From: Toensbergia leucococca
Taxonomy: Eukaryota
Reading direction: 5' to 3'
Assembly: GCA_022813965.1 (NCBI GenBank)
Contig: JALDZS010000008.1
Span: forward strand, 186,001 to 250,000
DNA length: 64,000 nt
Part shown: in pieces, positions 1-11,602 of the stretch
How positions within the stretch are numbered: position 1 is the first letter of the stretch
Layout of the letters: the number at the start of each line of letters is the position of its first letter
Program-made: the position numbers and the translations under genes
Notes under the pieces: model-generated
What the model was told of the DNA's origin: nothing
The model's input: the letters and a program-made list of their open reading frames with translations, nothing else
Database searches by the model: none

Positions 1-533
1 GTAGAGAGTTTCTACCAAGAGGATTCAGTCGCTGTGCATAGCGAAAGTGACTGCGGTTGTACTTCCTTATTGTGATCCTGGGAATTTCGGTACAATATCG
101 TTCATTACCCTCCCTCGGAGAACCCGAGGGATTGGTATGCCGCCTTTACAGCTACAAAGTCATTTAGAAAGTAATACGTTGTAATTCTTCCAAGTCTGAG
201 TAGAAGTTTACTCTTGCATGACTGGTTCTGACAGTGAATGGACTCAGGGGTTTTCGCGACTCATGCCCTAATTTCCATATTGGGCCTCGGGCGATATCGT
301 TATCGGGTGGCGTAAGGCTTAGCTTCATCATCGGGCAATCTCGAATCTGATTTGCGGCGTCAAATTGCCCTAATAGGGATATGTACCCAAGAGCAAGGGA
401 CTAGAACCCTGAACGTCTCCTTCATCAATCCGGGTACCGAGTAACTTGAATGCCAAATTCTTCTTAAGAACGCCGACCACATGCTCCTCTCATAGAATCG
501 CAGTAGCGCTGCGTCATTGTCAATCAAGTTTAG

Positions 534-1668
534 ATGTCAGATTCCGTTGGCAAGTTGTTCCCAGCCCCCAACTTAAACTTGGATGTAGCAAGACGCTGAT
601 AGCTGGTAACGCATAGATCGAGTGTTTGTCCATGCGCTCAATACTGTCAAGAAGATACCTCGGACGGGCTCTGCCCGCCCTCCGCCCTCCGATCGTCTCA
701 AGCTATATGGATTGTACAAACAGAGTATGGAAGGGGATGTGGAAGGGGTGATGAGGAGACCTGAGGGTGAAAGGCCGGATGAAGATGCTGAAAAGGAGAA
801 GTGGTACGACCAAACCATCACAATTGTCTTTACAGTCATGGACAACACCCGCCTCGTCATGGGAAGAAAGCCTCAGTGATCTAGTCCACGTGAAGGCTAA
901 CAAGACCAAAAACACAGGGACGCTTGGTCGGCCCAACATGGCCTCTCGCGCACGGAAGCAAAGCGCCGTTACATCAGCACTCTCATCGAAACCATGCACC
1001 AATACGCATCTGCGACTTCGGAAGCCCGAGAATTGGTCGCCGAACTGGAATTCGTCTGGGACCAAATTAAGTCAAACTCTATTTCTAGCTCTGGATCCTC
1101 GCCGCCTCAGACCTTGGGTCTCTCGCAACAGCAGCCACCCAGCTATGCAAGCATAGGCCCAGGAAGAGCAACAGAGGCTGAAGGAGGCGGTCTTCGAGTG
1201 ATGAGACCTGTCAGTGAAGGCGACATGGAGGAGGAAGAGGAGGGAGAAGAGTTTGAAGAGGTGAGGGACACAAGACACATGGACGACAACGAAGCTGTGA
1301 CAAGAGGAGATGGCGAGGAAAGACGCATAGACTACGACGTGAGGAATCGCAAATGGAGAAAACGAATAGAACAAGCCCTCGTCAAGATGACCACCGAACT
1401 CGCCGCCTTGCGAGAACAGACGGAAGAAAAGCGGTTCTTTGACGGTCGAAGACATAAAGGCCCACGCGCATGGATTCTATGGCTGCTATGGGTAACTCTC
1501 AGCCACGTCGTTGTCGACAGCGCCATCCTCGGCCTCATGCTGGTCTGGGCGCGCAAGAAGGGAGATCAGAGAGTCGAACAGGGGCTCAGGCTACTGCTGC
1601 AGGTTGCGGCGGAGCAATCTAGGAAATCGAGGCTGGCGCGGCTGCTGAAGTTGCCGGCGAGTACATGA
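534..1668 (+). CDS. Acyl-CoA-binding (ACB) domain protein with C-terminal coiled coil and TM anchor (ACBD4/5-, Atg37-like)
   Basis: Spliced model MSDSV|DRVFVHALNTVKKIP..RLKLYGLYKQSMEGD..KEK|WDAWSAQHGLSRTEAKRRYI gives an ACB domain. Introns 550-616 (GC-AG) and 804-917. Hydrophobic segment WILWLLWVTLSHVVVDSAILGLMLVW near the C-terminus. Confidence 0.85.
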
Positions 1669-2049
1669 TGTGACGAGAGCGATTGAGCGCGAATGAATAG
1701 GGGACTGCGACGATTATGGGGATAGGGGAATTTTTTTGGTTGGTAGGTCGGATCTTATTACATGGGGCCGGAGTAAGTAGGTAGGAGGGATCTATTACAA
1801 GCATAGCGGGACACTGTTCTTTTCTTGTTCCCTTTTTTTCACATTTCAAGGGCCATTTTATTTAGAACACGATTGTGACAATTGCAAGGCATTTTGATTG
1901 GTGCGTCGTCTTTCTGTGAGTCGCAGCAAGTTCCTTATACAATACGTCCCCAGCGGACCTATTTCACCATCATCGAGTTTTCAAGTTGCTCAACATGGCT
2001 CAGCAATGACGATTGACCTTTTGATCTCCTGATGCGGAAATGGAAGCAG

Positions 2050-2514
2050 CTAGCCAGATCTCTCATTCATAATATACGTATAAAAATATATACTCCCCCC
2101 GGGCGCGACAAAAGCTCTCGAGAAGGGCGATGTACTATTCTCAGCGTAATGAAATGGGGAGGGGCCTTTCTTGGTTCGGAAATTCTGGGGACTTGGGCCT
2201 TTTGTTTTTTGTGTTTGGGGAAGGGGGGAGGTTGATTGTTTTGGATTTGCGGGCTGGATGGGATTGGGGGAAGGGGTTTGTGGGGGATGGTTCTTTGGCT
2301 TTCGTTTTTTGGGGGTCTTTTGGGGTTTTGGGGGGTTTTGGGGGGTTTTTGGGGGAAAATGGGGGGGGGGGGGGGGGGGGGGGGGGTTGGGTGGAGTTGT
2401 GAAGAGAGTGTTGTTCCCGATCAAGTATTCAGATGGGATTAATTGTTGCAGATCAGGGGAAAGAGTAAGGATAGACTTTTTCTTTCCGCATGGCACGTTT
2501 TGTCGTAGGAGCAT
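2050..2514 (-). pseudogene. Probable decayed F-box-like hypothetical gene interrupted by homopolymer tracts
   Basis: KSILTLSPDLQQLIPSEYL resembles the fungal L-x-LP-x-E-I-R-x-x-I-Y motif and PFHYAEN resembles the IFY-x-EN motif. The middle is poly-C/poly-A low complexity on the coding strand. Confidence 0.3.
2361..2386 (+). repeat. G26 homopolymer inside a G/T-rich tract (about 2200-2390)
   Basis: Directly visible G run flanked by ggggtttt repeats. Confidence 0.9.
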
Positions 2515-2690
2515 GGCGTCGGGTGATTCGAAAGGGATTCGTACTTTTTATTTTGGTCAAAGAGTCAAGAAATGGGAAGAAGAAGAAGGAGAATCTTGTT
2601 TGCTGAGACGGGGGCAAGTTGATCTACCCGGGACACCGAAATAAGAGGAAATGTTGCTTAAAAACCATAATGAATGCTTTGCTGCCAAAG

Positions 2691-3737
2691 TTATTGCCGT
2701 TCCCGCGACGACGCAGCCTCTTCCCCTCCTCCTCCTCCTCCTCCTCCCTTCCCCACCTCCCGCTGCCGTTTTATCCTCTCCTCTGCCGCCCTCGCCATCG
2801 CCTCTCTCCTGCTCAGCCCGGGCACCTGCGTCTCCAACGATCCAGCAGATCTAGTCTCCGTGCTACCCCCCAACACAAATTCCCCGCCCGTCCAGCCCCC
2901 ACCATCCATATGCTCCCCATCCATACCCGTGTCCTCGGGATTATAAAATTCCTCCTCGCTCAACGAGTGCCCGCCTCTCCGCCAATCATTCCGCTCCACC
3001 TCCTTCTCGATCTCGTTTGTCAAATCCCAGAAATTCCGATCATGGTCGCCCCATACGTTGTGCGCCAGCTCGTGACACAGCGTCTTGCGAATCACCTTGT
3101 AATCTCGGTATCCATCGTACGCATCCGTTCGTAGTCTTAGCTCGATAACTTCGCCGCGGTTTCGGTTCAAGCCGAGCGTTTTGCCGTCGTGCGTGGTGTG
3201 CTCCGCGGGATTCATTTCGGTGAGCACGCCCACGGAGAATTTGTGTTTGCGCATGCTGGCTTTGATGCCGGCATCGTCGCGGAGGCGCTCGAGGTAGCGG
3301 AGGGAGCGAGATGGTTGAGGGAGGTAGGGGAGAGGGAGGAGGGTATGGAAGGTGTAGGTTGCTTCGTCTTGGGCTTTGCGCCAGTCGCGGTGGCGGTTTG
3401 GGGCGGTAGGTTTTAGGGTTGAGGGCCCGAGGTTTGGGGAAGCGGGTTGGGTGAGAGAGGAGAGGTCTGTCGGAGTAGGGGCTAGGAGGACGATTTTTTT
3501 GGCGAGGATGGTGCTGAGAGGGAGGGAAGGGTTTGGGAAAGGGGGTTTCAGCAGGCCGGTTTTGGGTGTTATCATAAACTTTTGAGTCAAAGGGGGGATT
3601 TGAAGGGAGGTGTGGATGGCGGTGGAGAGGTCTGTTATTGTTGAGGTGGATGGGAGCTGAAAGGTGTGAGGGTTGCCGTGGTGGGAGATGGTGATGCTGA
3701 GGGTGGCGTCTTGGAACAGTGGTGTGAAATCCTCCAT
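2691..3737 (-). CDS. WLM (Wss1-like) zinc metalloprotease with N-terminal ubiquitin-like domain
   Basis: Intronless 348-aa ORF. LGLNRNRGEVIELRLRT and HELAH..GDHDRNFW WLM motifs; UBL-like N-terminus. Confidence 0.88.
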   Translation of the reverse strand: MEDFTPLFQDATLSITISHHGNPHTFQLPSTSTITDLSTAIHTSLQIPPLTQKFMITPKTGLLKPPFPNPSLPLSTILAKKIVLLAPTPTDLSSLTQPASPNLGPSTLKPTAPNRHRDWRKAQDEATYTFHTLLPLPYLPQPSRSLRYLERLRDDAGIKASMRKHKFSVGVLTEMNPAEHTTHDGKTLGLNRNRGEVIELRLRTDAYDGYRDYKVIRKTLCHELAHNVWGDHDRNFWDLTNEIEKEVERNDWRRGGHSLSEEEFYNPEDTGMDGEHMDGGGWTGGEFVLGGSTETRSAGSLETQVPGLSRREAMARAAEERIKRQREVGKGGGGGGGGEEAASSRERQ

Positions 3738-4372
3738 TTTTGGTGACGTTGGCAGAGGAGGATTTCCTGGACGCTGCTTGCTATCTTGACCGATGAGGGA
3801 GAAATCGTATGAAGACTGTTGGTATACACATCAATACATAATTATGAATCAATTCACTGGAAGAAGATGGAATGATTAAACATGTGCTTTGTAATCGAGC
3901 CAATCTAATCTCGAGCCAAGATTTGGTACGTCATATTGCAGATGAGATATAATGGTCACCGTAAGGGCAAGGGCAAGGGTAAGGGCAATAACAAAGCTAG
4001 CAAATTGCGGACAATGAAACTCGAGGACTGTGCCCAAATACCATTCACTGAGATGCTATCCTTTCTCTATCGCATAAGTGAAAATATAAAAAGTAAGTTG
4101 ATAAGTTTCTTGTTGTTGCAAAATAGGTCATTTCAAAATAAATTCTTCTCTATGATAGTGAACGATGAAGAGGAAGAGGAAGAAAGGAGAAGGTCAAAAT
4201 TGGTCAGAGTTTTCGCCAATACAGATTTACATCTCCGGAGGTCCGGGACAGGCAGTCCCGTGCAGATCTCCCGCTGCCAAGGATCCCTCGATCCCAAGCT
4301 TTAACGACACTCATTTCTCGGCACTATCAATCTCTCTATTCCCCATCATGACTTGACTGAACCCGTCTTCGA

Positions 4373-5223
4373 ATGGACAGTGTTTCCTATGAGGATCGTC
4401 ATGTTCACTGCGTATATGATCAAATAGCCCACCACTTTTCCTCCACTCGATACAAGGTGTGCGTCTCAAAGATTCCTCGAACCTTTCTCTTCTTCTCCTC
4501 ATCAGCTGCTAACATTCCTCCAGCCATGGCCTATTGTTGAGAAATTCTTAGTAGACCTTCCTCATGGATCCATTGGTCTAGATGTCGGGTGTGGGAATGG
4601 AAAATACCTTGGTGTTAATCCGAATATTTTCATACTGGCTTCTGACCGGTACTTATTCTCTCATGACATGTCAAGCGTCTAGTCTTAACACACAGAACAG
4701 CTCGGAAAACCTCGTCAAGATCGCCGCCCAACATCCGAAACACGTCTCTATCGTTGCTGATAATCTGGCCTTGCCGCATCCTAGCTCTTTCTTTGACTTT
4801 GCAATTTCTATTGCTGTAGTCCATCATCTGTCCACCCATGCAAGACGTGTTTCGTCAATTGCTGCCATACTTGAAACCTTGAGACCAGATTGTAGGACTG
4901 AAGAAGACTGTAATCCAGCAGGAAATAATGATGGCGGCAAATGCTTAATCTATGTATGGGCGCTCGAGCAAAAGAGTAGTCGTAGAGGTTGGGACGAGGG
5001 CGATGAGCAAGACGTAATGGTCCCTTGGGTCATGAAGCAGAAGACTAGCGAGGGCGGCAACGATGAAACGAAGACGTTCCATCGCTATTATCATCTGTAC
5101 CGTCGCGATGAGCTTGAGCAAGACATTGCAGAAGCCGGAGGAACGGTCGTTGAGTCTGGTTTTGAGAAGGACAATTGGTGGGCCATTGCCATTCGACAGT
5201 TCCCGAGTCAAGCTGGGGCTTAA
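4373..5223 (+). CDS. TRM9: tRNA wobble-uridine carboxymethyl methyltransferase Trm9
   Basis: MDSVSYEDRHVHCVYDQIAHHFSSTRYK|PWPIVEKFL..LDVGCGNGKY..ISIAVVHHLST..YVWALEQ..RYYHLY..DNWW. Introns 4457-4523 and 4649-4700. Confidence 0.92.
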
Positions 5224-5600
5224 CCAAGATCTCGACGGTGAGATGCGGTAGCAAAGTGTTATCAATTAAGCCAGCGGCGGAGTGGACCGTGGTAGCAACT
5301 GGGATCGTTGTGTTCGATATTGTGAGCTAAGCTTGTCCTTGAACAAACCTACCTATCAACATCTCGCTAATTTGGTCAAGTTCCTTCAAATTTTGATGGA
5401 GTATTCTATGCGCGATGAAATAAATAGTCATACGTGACTCTAGAATCCAGATTTTCGTGATACAGACGGTGGTGATTCTGAATAGGAGGGTATGCAAGCG
5501 CTTCCTGAAACTTCTTGATCGTAGAAGCCGGTCCCTAGAAAGTCAGAGTAAACTGTGCAAAGTACGTTGTGGGCTAGCAACGAAAAAAGAAGCAAAAAAG

Positions 5601-5733
5601 AAAAGTACCCGGCCGGATTCGAACCGAGGAGCAAAAGGAAGAGAGAACTGCATTCAATAGCTCCAGGTGAACCCCCAGATCACAGAGTGCGCAGAAACAG
5701 GCAATCCGCCTAACCGTTAGGCCAACGACTTTC
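5601..5733 (-). ncRNA. tRNA-like RNA polymerase III transcription unit (non-canonical ncRNA or tRNA pseudogene)
   Basis: A-box TGGCCTAACGG, B-box GGTTCGAATCC, oligo-T terminator TTTTCTTTTTT and upstream TATA-rich tract. The acceptor stem does not pair. Confidence 0.55.
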
Positions 5734-6199
5734 CATGGAAACAAAACAGCAATTATATTATATGAATTTTTTGACATCAACGTTCAATCTCCTACTCCTG
5801 ACATAAGACATCTACTGCAAGCCTGTATTGGGTTATCAAGCTCTTCGGGGATCGGGAAACTACTTTCACATTTTTAAGCCACCACTTCACACAGTGATGG
5901 TCTGATAGACTGCCACAAGTAACTCTCCTTTCTCCCCTTGCAACTTCACCATTCTCTTCCTTTTGTTTCAGAGGTGATGAAAGTGCCAGTTCTGTTGTTC
6001 GCCCTCCCCCACTGCCCCTTTCTTCGAACTTTCACTTGACGAACTCGCACAGCTTACCTCGTTTGTCATGCAAGTATCAAGGACCTCATCTGCTTCATCT
6101 TACACATAAATCACTTACACAAGCACCTACATACTCGAATCCCTAATCTACCAAATCCCCGCCACGAAACTGTTTCAACGCCCCTACCTACGGCTCTCC

Positions 6200-6620
6200 A
6201 AAAGCCCCCTAGCCGAAACCAACTCCATCATCTTCCCCGTTCAAAAACACCACCATCCAAACCAGAAATCTCAAACATTGTGAACACGCCGTACCAAAAG
6301 ACACAAAGGGCCTAGTGCTCAACATCTCCTTCTCCTACCCAAATAGACCCACTTTTTCCTCTCCTTTTCAAGGGTTCAATACTCCCACACATACAGAACA
6401 CACAACTTACCACCCCTTCCCCTATCCCACTAAACCTTGAAATGCATGTTCATAAATTGCGCGTTTGATTTCTCTGGGAATGGAGAGGTTGCAAAAGGTA
6501 CAATTTGCGTTTTTGGAATAGAGTTGAGTTAAGGTAGGGAGAAAAGTAAAGAGTGTAAACGATGCAAGGGCGTCGGGGATGAAAGTGGCGAGATATGCCT
6601 TGAGACGGTTGCGCGCATAG
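6200..6620 (-). pseudogene. Possible F-box-like gene relic
   Basis: CTFCNLSIPREIKRAIYEHAF matches the fungal FL-x-LPREIR-x-x-IY motif. Downstream frames are broken by stops. Confidence 0.25.
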
Positions 6621-7032
6621 TTGAGTTCGATAAATAACTTCAATGGCATTACTTTCCAAAATTCTATAACCTTCCTCCCCCGTCCACGCTCCCTCCTCTC
6701 CCGCCATCGCACCCCATCCTCAACTGATCCACCAAACGAAACACAAAGCCTTCTCATTCAAAGAAGGGCCAAAAAAACAGAAAATCAATTGTTTTTCAGG
6801 CCATGAGGAGATAATGTTACACAAAAAAAAGAAATCTAAAAGGCCAATATCCATCTACAAATCCAACTAGAGGATTAGACAAAAAAAAAAGGGGGCAAAT
6901 TAGATCTGTTGAAAGAAGTAAAACCCCCATCATCATACACCCAAACCCTCTCAAACCAAAATCTCTCTCAGTCTTTTCAAAAAGAAAACAAAAAGCCTTG
7001 AAAAATTACCATTTTTGGGTCCCAGAAAAAAA

Positions 7033-8380
7033 TCATCCAATCTGCGACACGATCTGCGAGGCCATGAGCTCGTGAATAGGGGACGTGGGGTGGATGTTGT
7101 TCAGCCAGAGGTATTCATCGACGGGGATGCCGCAGGAGGGGGTGTAGGTGTTTTCGGCCGGGGTGCCACTGCAGGTTGCAAGGAGAAAAGTGTCAGCGAA
7201 ATCAGCGCATTAAAGCGCAAGAATCAAATAAATCTCTTTGATCCTTTCCCGCTTCCCCTTTCTCTCTCTCTCAAAAAAAATCCCCCCTCACCTCTGATAA
7301 GCGGCACAAAAGCCCGTCACATTCCGATACCCAGCCGTCAGCGCAAAACTCTGCGGATTATCAATCACCAGCGTAAACAACCAGTTCGTATCAAAGACAA
7401 AGACGGTGATGTCCGAGTATTTGTTGCGCAGATCGTTGGCGACCCAGTTGAGGCGCACGTTGAAGTCGCCGATGATGTTGGCTTCTTCTTGGGCTGAGGC
7501 GGGGCCGTTTTCGAGCGTGCCGGGGGAGCGGTCGATGGGTGGGACGTTGAGGATTAGGAAGTTGCGCCCGCCGGCCGCGTAGAGCTGTTGTTGGTGTGAG
7601 CTTTTTTCTTATGGCCTCTTTTTGGGAAATGGGGTGCCGCCCGGATTTTGATTTTTTTTTCTCTAGGAAAAGGGGTGAGTTGCCTTTTTTTTTCGGGAAA
7701 ACTTACTAGCTCGATGTAACTGAGGTAGGATTGGCGGAGGTCTTCGTCGAGGGTTTTGTTCTGCTCGCTGTAGGAGATTTGGATGTCGTTGATGCCGAAG
7801 AAGCTCGTGAAGAGCGTGTTTGAGGCCGTCCAGGCCGGGGCTGTCTTTTGCGAGTAGGTGGGCGTCCATTCGTCTTCGACTTGCTGCCGGAAACTTTGCA
7901 CGATGTAGCCGTAAGGGGAGCCGACGAGGGCAGGGTCGATGGTTGCGCCGGGGTAGCCGAGGTTGTAGGTTTGGATGTAGGATTTGTTGTAGGTTGTTGT
8001 TAGGTAGTCGACGTAATTGGGGCCGTTGGAGGAGGTGGTGCCCGGGTAGGCAGGGTTACCGAGGGGGTTATTGGGGTTGGGTTGGGTGCCTTGGTAGCTG
8101 AAGCCGGTCGCTGTGTAGGAGTCACCGCTGGAAGTTGGGGTTAGATGGGTGGTGTAGTATTTTGCGGTGTGTGATCTGCATGGGGATGTTTTTGTGATGG
8201 GGAAATTGAATGGAAATCTTATGACGGGGGTTTGGGTGGATTTCTTGAACAGATCATCTGCACGTACAAATTGAACATATATTTGACATTGTGAAAGCCG
8301 CTCCAATATGTCGCGTGCGATGGCAGCACGTTGAGAGCTAGCGAGAGGTAGATCCAGAGGGACACGGTGATGCAAGGCAT
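7033..8380 (-). CDS. Secreted SGNH/GDSL esterase, carbohydrate esterase family 16-like
   Basis: Signal peptide MPCITVSLWIYLSLALNVLPSHA; F|GDSYT block I; FFGIND block III; YAAGGRNFLILNVPPIDRSP; WLNNIHPT block V. Three GT-AG introns. Confidence 0.87.
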
Positions 8381-9299
8381 TCTTGTGCGAAGCTGTTTGG
8401 GCAATCGTTGATGCTGGGGTGTAACAGTGGGCGGGATGCCGCTTGGAACGGTAGCAAAGAAAAAGTGTGACGGCTATGCACAGAAAGATTCAGGAGAATT
8501 GGGGATTCTTATACAGTATTGGGGATGTAGTACGAATGGAGATATGGAGCCCTTTTCAGGGTCTTCAGTTCTAGATCAGAACGAAATGATTAAAATAAAT
8601 TGTGACTGCACGGCTGACGCGGATTTCGTCGTGTCCCCCTTTTCGAGTGTACTTCTCTGATTCCGGCAGCTAGACAATGCGAAAGATTTGAAAAACCGTA
8701 ATCAGGAATATTGGAAATGGGAAGCTATGTGAATCCTTCGAGTGCACAAAGTCTTTTGAGGTGTCACTGATGTTGTGAAGTTTTAAAACTCATTGAGCCG
8801 ATAGGTGAGTGCAGGTAGCCAATGTATTAGTCTGTTGCCTTTTCTAGGTTCATACGAGGCACAAACTCATTGCTAGTTGGCGAGGCTAGCTCGAGTCGCC
8901 GTCGTTGTCGGCTCAAGGGATCAAGGAACCAAAGGTTACACCTAGACTCTAGAGAGAGTTGGTTCGCTTTCACCTCATGTAGTGTCACCTGTATAATAGT
9001 GCGCGCGTGGATACGAGGTGGCCAGATAAGGAAAACGTGTCCAAGTAAAATCATACTTCATAGACTTGTTCCCAACAGTAATAAGATAACGACTTCAAAA
9101 ACTTGAGACTAAATTCAAAGGATTTGAGATAGAGCTTGAAGTACACTGAGAGGCAGTTCAGGATATATAAGATTGTGGATGCTGACGAAACCTACATTTC
9201 TCCCTAGGATTGCTGTTGCTGACAGTTTAGAGCTTCGGCCGAAGGCTGCAATCTTTCTTCTCAGTCTCTCTGGTCAGTGTGATGTTGGCTTAGATGATG

Positions 9300-9760
9300 G
9301 TCTAGACGGGGCAACGGCATTACCTCTTTTGATCTTCTTCAACTTGATCCAGTGGTACAGTGCAACGTGCAAAGGTCTATATGGTTTCCATTAGCGGAGG
9401 AGATGATCACAAAGGTCTAGTACATTGAACAGAGACTGCATATCTCACTCCTGATGCTCTCTGCTCTCTGTTCCCTGTTTACTTAGTTCTTTCCTTCACC
9501 GACGTTTCCCTGACATATGCAGCTTCGCTTAACTGTATCATGCCCTAGGGCTTCTACTAATTGGGCATAGCGTGACTGAAGCCTTTCTCTTCCCTGCCGC
9601 AATGGCGCGAATCAAGCTTTCTTCTTCCTTTGTTCTGCTTTCTTTCTGGATGGCTGTTTCGGCTCCTCTGCTACTCCCCTGACAGGTGCTCTTCCTGTAT
9701 CTCTCCTGACAGGCTGCAGGGTGCATGCCAAGTGCCTCCACGATGCGGCATGAAGGGAGT
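9300..9760 (-). pseudogene. Possible Myb-repeat gene relic
   Basis: EALGMHPAACQERY and RTKEEESLI resemble Myb helix 3 and the W-T-x-EE start of the next repeat. Stops and frameshifts on both sides. Confidence 0.3.
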
Positions 9761-11602
9761 CGAGATCAAGGCAAATGGTAGGTGATGAGCTGAAAGGATG
9801 CAGGTGTCAACGTAATGTCGACCGTCGGATCAATGGCACGGCCCGTTGATGACTGCAGCCTGATCCATACTATTCTACGACATCTGAAGCCATTGGATCG
9901 GAACGCTCCCTGCTCCCTCGGAAATCCGGGACTCGGAATTCAATCTGCATAGGGACTCATTAAGCTTCGATTGACGATAAGCTAGACATTGAATTTCTCC
10001 ACCAGAACGGGTCGACTACGGGGGTGTGTGGCCCATCCACAAATAGAGGGTGGAAGAAGTTAAGAACCATGGTAGCATTACCTAGTTTCGACGACAATGC
10101 CAACTATTCTAGTAGGACTACATGACTCGACCAGGTTAGATCCCCTCCCACCATCCGTCGTTGAGTGTTGCATCTGTCTCGAACTTCGGAACATTATTGC
10201 CAACTTCCACCGTGGCTTGCCTACCCTCTCGCCTCGCTACCAGCCTCAGCCTACCTTACGTCGCACCTGCCAAGTTTACCCTAGTTGTTCATCCCAACCA
10301 CCCGACCACTCAAGCCAGCACACCAAACCTTATTCGTCACGACCACACCAGGCCTCTTCCTCCCTAGCGCAACTTCTTCACCGCCGAACGAGACATTAGA
10401 CGTCACAACTCTATTTACGGAGCATGACAGCGGATTGCGGAAGCAAAAGCTTCTTCTTTCCCCTGGGCAGCAACGGCAACAGCAGCAGCCGCTGGCCGTG
10501 GCAAACGGGAAACCGACGACCTACTGAACCTATAAGACCAAGCCATATCTGCACTCGCCACCACCAAATGTGAAGTGTTGCAAATATCATTTCTCTGCTC
10601 GCGAAAAGGTGCATCATATCAGGATAGAATGTCAGGTACACTTACATCAGAGGCAGCATCGGTGAGCTCACCGCTAGATTCGTAGCAGCTGGACTGATGC
10701 AACCATGGCGAATTGACTTCAACTAGAGCAATTCGATCATCATCAGGCTCATGCAGATGGTGCTTCACAGAAAATGATCAGTGACATTCTGGCAGGTGAA
10801 AAGTCTCCTGCAGGGGAGGACGAAGGTTGAACGTCTGCGGATCTGTTCATCTCTAAAGCTTCTTCGTCATCTGATGCTCATGAAGTTATGCCATGTCGTT
10901 CTGGCGGCTACAGCCCAAGTACAGCACGTTGAAATGATACTTTTGCACCACGGGCCAATAGTGTCGGCTTGGTTAATCTTATTCTATTTCTACCATGATT
11001 TATTGGTCGATTCACGCGAAGATCGACTTCTTAGGTTCCTTGGATTGTCAACGCGCAATGCTCCTTAGTTCAACGCAAAAAAGTGACACCAAGACTGATT
11101 CATGCGAACTCATAGTCCAGCGCGACTATGTCTTGACCAACCCTCAAAGCTAACTAGGTTGGGGACCAACTTGCTAATTGCAGTCCAACCCTGCCAGCAG
11201 ACCTTGCAATCCCATCCGGAAGAGGTAATGAAACCTGTCGCTGCCCAGGACCTTCAGCTTGCGACACGCTGTGACGTTCTCTATTCATGGGCTAGTTTTC
11301 TGCTTGTTCGGCCAATGTCAAACGTAAAGCTCTAATTCCCATCACTATTGGCTCCTCACTTTCGCCTCATCTCATCATGGATACAATTGGCCTATGCCTA
11401 ATCAAGCACTTTAGACCGTCTTTTTCTCCTGCTTCTTTATACCACCCGGAGCCCCAAGCTTCTACCGTGTGTCATTCCTTCTCGAACGCGTGATACCTCT
11501 CTTCTGGAAACTTGTGTTGGGACTGACTACTCTATATCTTCATTTCTATCCTACTCTACAGGCGTGGTCCAAAAGATCATTTGCCACCGTTCATCCTGTC
11601 CC

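Noticed and set aside
3961..3988. (AAGGGY)n hexamer run between WLM and TRM9
   Set aside because: Short microsatellite; not TTAGGG and no evidence of function.
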